DNA from: an uncultured Hyphomicrobiales bacterium
Lineage (GTDB): Bacteria > Pseudomonadota > Alphaproteobacteria > Rhizobiales > CAZSNL01
NCBI GenBank assembly: GCA_964608275.1
Contig: CAZSNL010000006.1
Span: forward strand, 493-59,886
DNA length: 59,394 nt
Reading direction: 5' to 3'
Below the pieces are notes generated by a model. The model was not told the origin of the DNA. It worked only from the letters and a program-made list of their open reading frames with translations, and ran no database searches. Made by a program: the position numbers and the translations under genes. This document shows, one piece after another, positions 42,347 through 51,534 of the stretch; the stretch's first letter is position 1, and each line of letters begins with the position of its first letter.

Positions 42347-42796
42347 TCAGGACTCGGTTCCCGCGTTGCCCTCGGCCGCGGGAGCGACCCGTATGACCGT
42401 CAGTTGGCGGACCTCGCCGTCGCGGGTCTCCCAGTCGATGGACGCGCCTTCGGCCAGGCCGATCAGCGCAGCTCCGATCGGCGTAAGCACCGAAATTCGC
42501 CGTTCGGCGATATCGGCGTCCTGCGGGAGAACCAGCACCACCGTCTGCTCGCGGCCGGACGTGTCGTCACGGAAGGTCACCGCCGATCCGATGTTCACCA
42601 CGTTCGGCGGCACCTCGTCCGACGGCACGACGTTGGCGCGCTCGATCTCCTGCAGGAGTCGCTCCGCCACTTCCGGCGCGCGGTTCCTTGCAGCCGAGAC
42701 CAGCCCCTGGAGGCGCTCGACAAAGGCTGCGTCGAGCACCACCGGGGGATCCCGCGATACGACCTTCAGTTCGGTATCTACAGGCATTGTCTTCAT
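42347..42796 (-). CDS. rnk: nucleoside diphosphate kinase regulator Rnk (GreA/GreB family)
   Basis: LLQEIERA, VVNIGSAV, ISVLTPIGAALIGL. Confidence 0.88.
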   Translation of the reverse strand: MKTMPVDTELKVVSRDPPVVLDAAFVERLQGLVSAARNRAPEVAERLLQEIERANVVPSDEVPPNVVNIGSAVTFRDDTSGREQTVVLVLPQDADIAERRISVLTPIGAALIGLAEGASIDWETRDGEVRQLTVIRVAPAAEGNAGTES

Positions 42797-42853
42797 CCTT
42801 TCATCGTATCATACGTCCGATATGCAGGCTGGGCTTCCCCCGGCTCAGGCGGG

Positions 42854-43051
42854 TCAGGCCGCAGTCGGTCCGGGATCGCCGCCGTCCGGATCGGGAGGCA
42901 CGTCCTCTTCCACCGGGGAAGCGGGCCTGCGCGCCCGATCGGGAAACCGCACCACCTTCGCCCCGCCGGGCACCCCCTGGGTGTCGGTCCCGGTATCACG
43001 CGGCTCCGTTGGCCGGTCCGTTCCTTCCTTGGGATCGGTCGCCTCGTTCAT
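42854..43051 (-). CDS. small hypothetical protein, in frame with the upstream Rnk-like gene
   Basis: SD GAGGTGA before ATG; low-complexity sequence ending DPGPTAA. Confidence 0.5.
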   Translation of the reverse strand: MNEATDPKEGTDRPTEPRDTGTDTQGVPGGAKVVRFPDRARRPASPVEEDVPPDPDGGDPGPTAA

Positions 43052-43054
43052 CGC

Positions 43055-43627
43055 TCACCTCGCCATGACAGTCCCGGAAGCGGGTCTGCGCGCCGCTTCG
43101 GGCTGGAATGCAATCTGCCTTAGGAAAACTTCTCCAACTGTTCCGTCGGCGCGCATCAACGGGGCGCGCTGTCCCGCCTTCATGCCCAGCAGGGTCACGC
43201 CCAGAAGCGTGTTCACCGGCAGGCTATATTCGACCATCGCCTCGTGATCCCAATGGACGAGCACGCGCGACTCATCGGGCTTCCCATCCACCGAATAGAC
43301 GATATGGCTGTTTCCGGTCGCGATGTCGGACTCCACATCGTCCGACAGCACCAGCCGGGCATCGGCCAGCTTCGCCCGGATCAGCCGGGACAGCAGCAGG
43401 CTGTCTACCGACCTGAGCAGGTGTCCTTCCAGCAACGCATGGTCCCTGCCCGTCAGCCAGCACTCGAAGGGCCTCAGTGCATCGACGTCGCTCAGATACC
43501 CCGGCGCAAACCTCCCGGTATAAGCCGAAACCCGACTTCCCGGTTGCGTTGCTGTCAAATGGTTGTCTGTCTGTGGCCTGCGCATGCCCGCTTTCCGCTC
43601 ACGTACGGCCTCCACGGCCGTACACAC
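43055..43627 (-). CDS. divergent Rnk/GreA-like protein
   Basis: KLADAR, DIATGNS, LPVNTLLGVTLLG, FQPEA; start uncertain. Confidence 0.75.
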   Translation of the reverse strand: MCTAVEAVRERKAGMRRPQTDNHLTATQPGSRVSAYTGRFAPGYLSDVDALRPFECWLTGRDHALLEGHLLRSVDSLLLSRLIRAKLADARLVLSDDVESDIATGNSHIVYSVDGKPDESRVLVHWDHEAMVEYSLPVNTLLGVTLLGMKAGQRAPLMRADGTVGEVFLRQIAFQPEAARRPASGTVMAR

Positions 43628-43814
43628 CAGTAGATCCGGTTGTTCTGGAAAATGCCCCGAGCGGTGAAACGCGTCTGGCGCCGTTTGCTACGCCCGGGGA
43701 CGAGAGCCCGCGAGCAGGGATCCTGCGAAGATCAGGAATCGGTAAATGCGGGCATGCCTATGCATAATGCGTACAGCTAAGCACAAGCAAACACAAAGTC
43801 AATGCGGGCCGACA

Positions 43815-44540
43815 TCATTCTCCGGCAGGCGAGTACAGGTATCCGGTGCCGCGTATCGTCTTTATGACCTGCGGCTTGGCCGGGTCCTTTTCGATCTTCC
43901 GCCTCAGTCTGGAGATCCGGATATCGATCGAACGATCGAACGGGTCCCAGGTCCTGTGATGCGCGTATTCCAGAAGCTGGTCGCGGTTGAGCACCCGGTT
44001 GGGATGCTCGGCAAACGTCTTGAGCAGCGCGAACTCCATGGCGGTGATGGCGATCTCGTTGCCGTCGCGACCGAACAGCTTGTGGCTGTCGAGATCGAGC
44101 ATGCAGTCGCCGAACCTGGCGCGGCCCGCGGTCTTGCCGTCCGTCCTCGCGATCGCCTGCACGCGCTCGCGGCTGACCCGCCGCAGGACGGCGCGGATGC
44201 GGGCGAGGAGCTCGCGCAGGTCGACCGGCTTGGACAGGTAATCGTCGGCGCCCATTTCGAGCCCGACGACGCGGTCGACGGTCTCTCCCGAGGCCGTCAG
44301 CATGACGATGCCGACCTCGGTGGACTGGCGCAGGAACCGCGCCAGCGAAAGCCCGTCCTCGCCGGGCATGGTGATGTCGAGGACGACCAGGTCGATCTCG
44401 TGCTGGGCCGTCAGCTTGCGCAGCACGGCGCCGTTCTCGGCCGGGGTTACCCGGAAGCCCTGCCGCTCCAGGTACTCCCGGACCATGTCACGGATATCAG
44501 GCTCATCGTCGCAGACAACGATATGCGCACCTTCGCTCAT
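43815..44540 (-). CDS. OmpR/PhoB-family response regulator
   Basis: CDDE, LDITMPGEDG, GADDYLSKP, winged helix RSIDIRISRLRRKIE, RGTGY. Confidence 0.95.
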   Translation of the reverse strand: MSEGAHIVVCDDEPDIRDMVREYLERQGFRVTPAENGAVLRKLTAQHEIDLVVLDITMPGEDGLSLARFLRQSTEVGIVMLTASGETVDRVVGLEMGADDYLSKPVDLRELLARIRAVLRRVSRERVQAIARTDGKTAGRARFGDCMLDLDSHKLFGRDGNEIAITAMEFALLKTFAEHPNRVLNRDQLLEYAHHRTWDPFDRSIDIRISRLRRKIEKDPAKPQVIKTIRGTGYLYSPAGE

Positions 44541-44631
44541 GCTGGCCACCGACCGTGATCGATCCGTCCATGTCGCGGAATTTATTCCCGCGAGCCGTCC
44601 CGCTGCAACCGCGCCGTAGCGCCTTCCTGTC

Positions 44632-47600
44632 TCATGTATCCGCATTGTCAGCTCCCGATGTACCAATCATCCGGCGCACCAGGTCCTTGATGTCGTTGGG
44701 CCGGATCGGCTTCTCGATGTAGGGGCGCCCGGAGCTTTCCAGGAACTCGCGCGCCTTGGGACTCATGGTGTCGCCGGTCACGAAGGCGAGCCGTTCGACC
44801 AGCGCAGGCCGGTAGCTCTTGAGCTCCTGGAACAGCCTGGGACCGTCGAGATGGGGCATCTTGAGATCGCTCAACAGAATGTCGAACTTGCGACGTTCCA
44901 GTTCCTCGAGCGCGGCAATGCCCGAGCCGGCGACCGTGACCCGGTGGCCTTCCGAGGTGAGGATCTGCTCAAGCAGTTCGGCCACGTCCGGTTCGTCGTC
45001 GATCACCAGCACCGAAAGCGCCCGGGCGCCTGAAGCGGCCGACTGCACCGGCGCCGCGCTGCCGGACTCCATCGCGACCGGCAGCCTGAGGATGAACGTG
45101 GCGCCGCCGCCGGGGGTATCCTCCAACCCGATGGAGCCGCCATGGGCCTCGACGATCCGGTGGCAGAAGGCAAGGCCGATGCCGGTGCCGCTGCCGACGT
45201 CCTTGGTCGTGAAGAACGGTTCGAAGATGCGGCTGCGGATGTCCTCGGGGATGCCGGGCCCATTGTCGGAGATCCGCAGCTCGACCTCGCCGCGGTCCGG
45301 GTCATGGCGGGTCGTGATGGCGATCAGGCGGCCGTCGGGGCAGCCCTGCAGGGCCTGTTCGGCGTTGACGATCAGGTTGATGAGCACCTGGCTCAGCTGG
45401 TCGGGGTCCGCCCACACCGCCGGCAGGTCGGCGGCGAGGCTGAGCGAGACGTCGACACCGGCAGCCCGGAGCGAATAGCCGGTAACGTCAAGGGTCGCAT
45501 ACATCGCCTCGTTCATGTCGACCGCCGTGCTCGCCGCCGGCTTCTGCCGCGCCATTGCCAGGAAGGTCTTGACGATGCGCGCGCACCGCTCGGCGGCATT
45601 GCCGATCTTGCGGGCGCGTTCAACGAGTGCCGGGTCCTTTACAGTCTCCTTCAGGAGCAGCGCCTGTCCGACGACGACCGACAGCGGGTTGTTGAGCTCG
45701 TGCGCGACACCGGCCAGGAGTTCGCCGAGGGCGCTCAGCTTCTCGCTCTGGTGGAGCGCCTCGCGCTGGCGGGCGAGCTGGGCCTCGACCGCCCGGCGGT
45801 CGGTCAGGTCGAGGGTGTTGGAGACGATCACCTCCTCGCCATGGAAGGTGATCATGCGCGACGACACCGATCCCCAGAAGACGGATCCGTCGGCGCGCTT
45901 GAGCTGGACCTCGAAATCATCCACCGATCCCGTGGCCCTGAGCTTCTCGACATAGGGCACGCGATCCTCTGGATTGGCGTAATAGTCCAGCGCCGATTCC
46001 GTATCGCCGAACAGCATCTTGGTGGCCGGGCTGCGGTACAGGATGCGGCCGTCGCGGCCGGTCATCTGGATCGGCACCGGACAGGCTTCCAGCACCTGGC
46101 GGACCACCGCCTCCTGCTCCCGCCGCGCCTCCTCGTTCAGCTTGCGTTCGGTAATATCGACCCGCGTGACCACCGTGCCGCCCTGGCGCGTGGGGCTGTT
46201 CGATACCGAATACCAGCGTCCGTCCGCATGCTGGAATTCGTGGTTCTGGCGATACGAGGCACGGTCGTGGACGCGTTCCGCGAGCCAGGCATCGATATCC
46301 TCGATGTCGCCGTACTGCCCGCACTCGGCGCCGGCGCGCAGGATGTCCAGCCACTTCACCCCAGGCACCAGCAGATCGGTGCACTCCCGGTTCATCTCGC
46401 GGTAGCGCTGGTTGCACATGATGAGGCGGTCGTCCGGATCGTACAGGGCGAACCCCTCCGCCAGCGACTCGATGGCGTCGCGCATGATCTCGCCCGAACG
46501 CGCCATTTCCGCCTCGCGGACCTTCCGGTTGGTGAGGTCGAGCAACCCCACCAGCAGCACTTCCCGGCCCTGGTACTCGAGCAGCCGGACGTTGCAGGTG
46601 GCCCAGAAGTACGTCCCGTCCACCTTCTTCAGCAGGGTCTCGAAATCCTCGACCTCGCCGCCTTCCTCGCGCAGCATCTGCAGCAGCTTCAGGCGATCGT
46701 CCGGGTTCACGTAGTGGTCGGTCGTGAACTTGCGTTCGGCCGGGTTCCAGGCGCGGCCGAACAGCCTTGCCGCGGCTCGACTCTCGTAGATGATCTCGCC
46801 GCTTTCGACCTCGTTCATCCACACCGGCAGGGGGTGTCCCTCGAGGATGAACCGGAACTGCTCCTCGCGCTCCTTCCGCGACGTCACGTCGACGATGCCC
46901 ACCAGCACCACCTCGCGGCCGCGGAACTCCGTCAGCAGCGCATTGCCCATCACCCATACCGGCACCCCGCCGGCGCCCAGCATGTGGACCTCGCACTCGT
47001 CGATCCGGCCGAGGTCCCGCAGGGACCTGCTGAGTTCGACAAATTCCTCGCCATCCACGTGGAAGTCACGGAGATAGATCGGTTTTCCGGCTTCCTTCCA
47101 GCCAAAGAACCGCTTTGCGGCAGCGCTCGAATGCAGGATTTCCCCGGTACGCGCGTCGTTCATCCACACCGGGAGCGGATGGTTCTCGATGAAGAACCGG
47201 AGCTGCTCCTCGCGCTCGCGGAGGTCCTCCTCCATCCGTTTGCGGTCGGTCACGTCGCGGCGGATCACGACGAAGCCGCCGTGACGGGTCGGCGTGGTGC
47301 CGGCTTCGTACCAGTGACCGTCCGATTGCTCGAACAGATGGTACCTGCCGAACTGGAGTGGCTCGACCGCGCGCTCGCGCAGCCACTCCTCGATCCGGCC
47401 CACTGCCGCCGGATACTGGCCGCGCTCGGCGCCGGTGCGCATCAGCTCCTGCCAGTGCATTCCCGGCACGAGGATGTCCTGGCAGGTGTAGTTGGTGTCG
47501 CGGTAGCGGGCATTGCACATGACGAGGCGGTGATCGCCGTCGAAGACGGCGAACCCGTCGGTCAGCGATTCGATGGCGTCCTGCAGCGTCTCGCGGGCCT

Positions 47601-48747
47601 CGCACAGTTCCGCCTCGCGCCGCTTGTGCTCGGTGATGTCGGAGCGGATGACGACGAAACCGCCCTGGCGCGTCGGCGTCAGCGTGGTTGCCATCCACTT
47701 GCCGTTCGCCAGCTCGTGCTCGACCTGCTCGCCGTAGCGCAGCTGCCGTCGGTTCTCCTCGAGCCACTCCTGCTCGCGGCCGATCGCGTCGCGGTACTGG
47801 CCGCGGCTCACGGCGGTGGCGACGATCTCGTCCCATGTCCGGCCCGGCTCGACGATCTCGCGGCAGGTGTAGTGGTGCTCGCGGTACTTCTCGTTGCAGA
47901 CGACCAGGCGCTGATCGGGCCCGTAGAGGGCAAACCCTTCCGACAGCGAGGCGATCGCATCCTCCAGCATCTCGCGTGCCTGCGCGATCTCGGCCTCGCG
48001 CTGCTTGCGCTCGGTGAGTTCGAGGACACCCGAAACCAGCACCGGCCGACCGTCGTACACGCCGCGGCGGACGGTCGCCGAGATCCAGAATTCGGTCCCG
48101 TCGGCACGCTTCAGCCGCACTTCGTGATCCTCGATCATCCCGCGCTCTTCGATCAGCCGGATGACCTCGTTCCGGTCGGTGGGGTCGACGTAATGGTCGA
48201 GGATGTACTGCGGCCGGACCGGATCCCAGTCGCGACCGAGGATGCGCGATGCCGCGCGGCTCTCGTACAGGATCTCTCCGGTCGCGATGTCGACCATCCA
48301 CACCGGCAGCGGATGGCTCTCGGTCACCGCGCGGAACAGTTCCTCGATGTGGCTGCGGGCCTCCGCGTCCCGCTTCGATGCCGTGATGTCGATGGCGAGG
48401 CAGGTGGTGCCGCCGTCCGGCGTCGGGTGGGCGGTGAGGAGACGCCACGAGCGGTCCCTCAGCTCGATCTCGAACGGCTGGCCGGCAGCGAGGCGCCAGC
48501 GGCGGGCCAGTGCGGCGGCAGCTCCCGCGGTGCGTCTCGGCGCTTCGCCGTCGATACGCCTGATCGCCGGCAGAAGCCGCCTCACGAACTCCGTCGATTT
48601 CGTCCCCTTGAGATCCCCGGGGTCGCCCGACAGCCCCGCGAAGCCGAAGCCGTCCAGCGCCACCAGCCGGTCGTGCGCGTCGAACACCGCGTAGCCGGTC
48701 GGCGCGGTATCGGTTGCCGGTGCATCCGCCAGAATATCAACACTCAT
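44632..48747 (-). CDS. soluble multi-PAS hybrid histidine kinase
   Basis: About 8 PAS-like domains, AHELNNPL H-box, N/G1/F/G2 boxes, C-terminal receiver (IDDE, SDLKMP, KP); no TM segments. Confidence 0.93.
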   Translation of the reverse strand: MSVDILADAPATDTAPTGYAVFDAHDRLVALDGFGFAGLSGDPGDLKGTKSTEFVRRLLPAIRRIDGEAPRRTAGAAAALARRWRLAAGQPFEIELRDRSWRLLTAHPTPDGGTTCLAIDITASKRDAEARSHIEELFRAVTESHPLPVWMVDIATGEILYESRAASRILGRDWDPVRPQYILDHYVDPTDRNEVIRLIEERGMIEDHEVRLKRADGTEFWISATVRRGVYDGRPVLVSGVLELTERKQREAEIAQAREMLEDAIASLSEGFALYGPDQRLVVCNEKYREHHYTCREIVEPGRTWDEIVATAVSRGQYRDAIGREQEWLEENRRQLRYGEQVEHELANGKWMATTLTPTRQGGFVVIRSDITEHKRREAELCEARETLQDAIESLTDGFAVFDGDHRLVMCNARYRDTNYTCQDILVPGMHWQELMRTGAERGQYPAAVGRIEEWLRERAVEPLQFGRYHLFEQSDGHWYEAGTTPTRHGGFVVIRRDVTDRKRMEEDLREREEQLRFFIENHPLPVWMNDARTGEILHSSAAAKRFFGWKEAGKPIYLRDFHVDGEEFVELSRSLRDLGRIDECEVHMLGAGGVPVWVMGNALLTEFRGREVVLVGIVDVTSRKEREEQFRFILEGHPLPVWMNEVESGEIIYESRAAARLFGRAWNPAERKFTTDHYVNPDDRLKLLQMLREEGGEVEDFETLLKKVDGTYFWATCNVRLLEYQGREVLLVGLLDLTNRKVREAEMARSGEIMRDAIESLAEGFALYDPDDRLIMCNQRYREMNRECTDLLVPGVKWLDILRAGAECGQYGDIEDIDAWLAERVHDRASYRQNHEFQHADGRWYSVSNSPTRQGGTVVTRVDITERKLNEEARREQEAVVRQVLEACPVPIQMTGRDGRILYRSPATKMLFGDTESALDYYANPEDRVPYVEKLRATGSVDDFEVQLKRADGSVFWGSVSSRMITFHGEEVIVSNTLDLTDRRAVEAQLARQREALHQSEKLSALGELLAGVAHELNNPLSVVVGQALLLKETVKDPALVERARKIGNAAERCARIVKTFLAMARQKPAASTAVDMNEAMYATLDVTGYSLRAAGVDVSLSLAADLPAVWADPDQLSQVLINLIVNAEQALQGCPDGRLIAITTRHDPDRGEVELRISDNGPGIPEDIRSRIFEPFFTTKDVGSGTGIGLAFCHRIVEAHGGSIGLEDTPGGGATFILRLPVAMESGSAAPVQSAASGARALSVLVIDDEPDVAELLEQILTSEGHRVTVAGSGIAALEELERRKFDILLSDLKMPHLDGPRLFQELKSYRPALVERLAFVTGDTMSPKAREFLESSGRPYIEKPIRPNDIKDLVRRMIGTSGADNADT

Positions 48748-48873
48748 CTCAGTTCCCCGGATCGGGTCGGTAGCGGACAATGCCGCCGTCGGTTCAGAGC
48801 ACACGCTCGGCGGGGACTTCAGCCTACACCATCGCACTCTCCTCGCGTTGCCAGACTTGCGGCGAAGCGTCCG

Positions 48874-49227
48874 TCATCGCAGGAGCTTGCGCGGGTCGAT
48901 GCACGGATTTTCCGCGACCAGGCGGGCGACCGTGCGGATCTGCGAACGCTCGATGCCGATGTCGCGGAGAATGTGGTCCTCGAGCGCAACCAGCTGGTCG
49001 ACGGTGACCTGTTCGGATCTGCTCCGGCGCCATGCCAGCCGGATGCGTTCCAGCCGGCTGGCAAGGCCGGTGACGGCGGCGTCCAGCCACCGTCCCGCCA
49101 TCGTGTCGGCCGCGGCAGCCGGCCCCGACGCGAACCCAACGGCGCCGGGGCAACCGGCTCCCGCGCCGGATTTCGTCTCGTTGCATATCATCGTCCGCTC
49201 CATCATCTCGCGTGCCGAAAGCGGCAC
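48874..49227 (-). CDS. DUF1127-domain protein
   Basis: LAWRR...LVALEDHILRDIGIERSQI; start uncertain. Confidence 0.85.
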   Translation of the reverse strand: MPLSAREMMERTMICNETKSGAGAGCPGAVGFASGPAAAADTMAGRWLDAAVTGLASRLERIRLAWRRSRSEQVTVDQLVALEDHILRDIGIERSQIRTVARLVAENPCIDPRKLLR

Positions 49228-49283
49228 CGGAGGCGCGATTGCCTCGCCTGTTCATTGGTCAGGCAGACAGGTAGGCGGACGCT

Positions 49284-49331
49284 GTTTCAGCCCATTGTCG
49301 GGCCGGGACGATTACTGTTTCAATTGTTTCA
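49284..49331 (-). promoter_or_regulatory. shared upstream motif, copy 3
   Basis: Plus strand GTTTCAGC-CCA-TTGTC-N17-GTTTCAATTGTTTCA. Confidence 0.6.
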
Positions 49332-49346
49332 GTGCGGCGGCCGGGC

Positions 49347-50240
49347 TCAGTCGGGCCGCCGCGCCGAGACCAGGCAGTAGCGGGTGACGCCGGCGCTGAT
49401 CAGCCTGTAGGAGGCGAACACGGCCCGGAACAGCCGCAGCCGCTGCCAGTACTTGTCGGGACGGGTACGCAGGTCGCGCAACATAAAGGCGGACTTCACG
49501 GTGCCGAGAAGGGCACTCAGTTCGATCTGGCGCGGTACGTAGGGGGTCAGGTCGCGTACCGCGGCGTCGACGAAACCGAGGTCATGCAGCATCGGCACCA
49601 TGGACTCCGCCGGCTGCCAGTGGCCAGGCTCGAAGGCGAAGCCCCGGTCGACCGTCTTCAGCCACCGGCGCCGGCGCCCGATCAGGCACCGCATCGGATC
49701 GGCAAAGCCGTCGAGCCCGACCCAGCGCCCGCCCGGCTTCAGGATGCGCAGCACGTCGGCGAGATAGTCGGTCCGCGGGTGGGCGTAGTTCACCGATTCC
49801 AGGTTCCAGACCACATCGAAGCTGGCGTCGGGGTAGTCGAGCCGCATGAAGTCCCTTGTCTCGAAGTGCACCAGCCGGTCGAGCCCGCGTTCGCGGGCAA
49901 TCTCGCGGCAACGTTCGATGTTGCTGTCGGCGATGCTGATGCCGGTCACCCGCACGCCGAACGTCTCGGCGAGCCAGAAGGCGGAGTGGCCGAGCCCGCA
50001 CCCGGCATCGAGCACATGCATGCCCCGGGCCACGCCGGCGGCCTCCGCCATGACCCGGTTCGGGTTCTGGAGCGCCTCGTCCATGGTCGACGTGCCGGGC
50101 AGCCACAGGGGATAGTGGATCGCCAAGCTGGAGAACATGCGTTCGTAGAACCGCTGCAGGACGGTATAGTGATGGCTCGCCCGGATCGCGGCCGAGCGCT
50201 GGTCGGCGGCATCGTGGTGCGGTCGCGCACGCGAGGACAT
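49347..50240 (-). CDS. class I SAM-dependent methyltransferase (tocopherol/sterol-MT-like)
   Basis: IHYPLW, VLDAGCGLG, FDVVWNLES, LKPGGR. Confidence 0.87.
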   Translation of the reverse strand: MSSRARPHHDAADQRSAAIRASHHYTVLQRFYERMFSSLAIHYPLWLPGTSTMDEALQNPNRVMAEAAGVARGMHVLDAGCGLGHSAFWLAETFGVRVTGISIADSNIERCREIARERGLDRLVHFETRDFMRLDYPDASFDVVWNLESVNYAHPRTDYLADVLRILKPGGRWVGLDGFADPMRCLIGRRRRWLKTVDRGFAFEPGHWQPAESMVPMLHDLGFVDAAVRDLTPYVPRQIELSALLGTVKSAFMLRDLRTRPDKYWQRLRLFRAVFASYRLISAGVTRYCLVSARRPD

Positions 50241-50363
50241 GCGGGTCCCGTCTCCGCGGGTTGCAGGGAGCGGCGCAATTGCAACTGTCATTGCGCCCGG
50301 TGTCGGGCTAACTATCGGAACCAGGCGGCCGCGGTCCAGTGACTTTCCCGAGGACGCGAGACG

Positions 50364-50786
50364 ATGATGTCGACTGTCAAAGCCGGAATTGCCGTTTTCC
50401 TGCCGCTGTTGGCGGCGAGCCTGACGCCCGCCGCGGCAGCCGGCGTTGCCGTGGAACTGAACAAGCTGGAAAACGCCGGCGAAAGCTGCCGACCGTACTT
50501 CATGTTCCGCAACGCCACGGACGAGCAGTTCACGAGCTTCAAGCTCGACCTGTTCCTTGTCGGCAAGGACGAGATCATCATGCGGCGGGTCGCGGTCGAG
50601 GCCGGGCCGCTCAGGGCCGACAAGACGACGGTGCGGCTGTTCGACGTGAAGGACGTGGACTGCGGCGCCATCGGCCGGATTCTCGTCAACGACGTGATCT
50701 CCTGCGCCGTCGACGGCGCCGCGCGGCAGGACTGCATCGCCCTCGTCGAGCCATCCAGCCGCAGCGATGTCGAACTGGTGAAATAG
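50364..50786 (+). CDS. exported four-Cys hypothetical protein leading the exbBD-tonB operon
   Basis: Signal peptide, VELNKLE, four Cys residues. Confidence 0.75.
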   Translation: MMSTVKAGIAVFLPLLAASLTPAAAAGVAVELNKLENAGESCRPYFMFRNATDEQFTSFKLDLFLVGKDEIIMRRVAVEAGPLRADKTTVRLFDVKDVDCGAIGRILVNDVISCAVDGAARQDCIALVEPSSRSDVELVK

Positions 50787-50796
50787 GGACACGCGT

Positions 50797-51534
50797 ATGG
50801 AAGCAGAGACCGCAACCGCCGATCCGGTGGCGACAGGCGCCGCCGGCGGCACGCTCGAAACCGCCCGCTGGCTGGCCGACGCCGGCGGCCCGGTGGTCGT
50901 GGTCATCGGCGTGATGTCGGTGGTGGCGCTGGCGATCGTGGTGATGAAGGTGGTGCAGTTCGTCCGGCTGGCGGCGGCCGACCGCGGCACCGACGAGGCG
51001 GTCGAGGCGATCGCCCGCGGCGGCGACCCGCGCCAGCCGGCGGCGTTCCTCGCCACCAGACGCGGGCCGGTGGGCCGGGTGGCGCACGCCACCGTCGTCA
51101 ACATCCTCGGCGGGACATTGACGGCGGCGCAGGCGCGCGAGGAGATCGGCCGCGTCGCCGCCCACCAGCTCGGCCTGCTGTCACGCTACCTGAAGGGGCT
51201 CGAGACCATCGTCACGCTGGCCCCCCTGCTCGGCCTGTTCGGCACCATCCTCGGCATGATCGAGGCGTTCAGGCAGCTCGAGGCGGTGGGAACGCGCGCC
51301 GATCCGACGGTGCTCGCCGGCGGCATCTGGGAGGCGCTGCTGACGACGGCAGCGGGCCTTGCCGTGGCGATCCCGGCGGCGGCGGCGCTGAGCTGGCTGG
51401 ACAGCATGGTCGAGCGCACCGGCGCGCGCATGGAGGACGCGGCGACCCGGATCGCCACCGCGCTGGCGCACCACGGGACCGCGGAAAACGGGCTGGCGAA
51501 GCGGGAGGACCGCAGCGTCAGAGCTGCAGAATGA
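50797..51534 (+). CDS. exbB: MotA/TolQ/ExbB proton channel
   Basis: APLLGLFGTILGMI, ALLTTAAGL. Confidence 0.92.
   Translation: MEAETATADPVATGAAGGTLETARWLADAGGPVVVVIGVMSVVALAIVVMKVVQFVRLAAADRGTDEAVEAIARGGDPRQPAAFLATRRGPVGRVAHATVVNILGGTLTAAQAREEIGRVAAHQLGLLSRYLKGLETIVTLAPLLGLFGTILGMIEAFRQLEAVGTRADPTVLAGGIWEALLTTAAGLAVAIPAAAALSWLDSMVERTGARMEDAATRIATALAHHGTAENGLAKREDRSVRAAE

Noticed and set aside
38475-43247. 1590 aa plus-strand ORF
   Set aside because: Antisense shadow of two same-frame RTX genes in high-GC DNA; no recognisable domain.
48748-48873. Cuckoo-type sRNA downstream of DUF1127
   Set aside because: No CCUCCUCCC loop motif on the sense strand.
45142-49380. 1412 aa plus-strand ORF (and many similar overlapping ORFs across the window)
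   Set aside because: Antisense or alternate-frame shadows of well-supported genes.
50275-50345. Cobalamin riboswitch suggested by GCAACTGT upstream of the tonB operon
   Set aside because: Other core elements (GGGAA, GCCACTG, B12 box) are absent and the space is too short.
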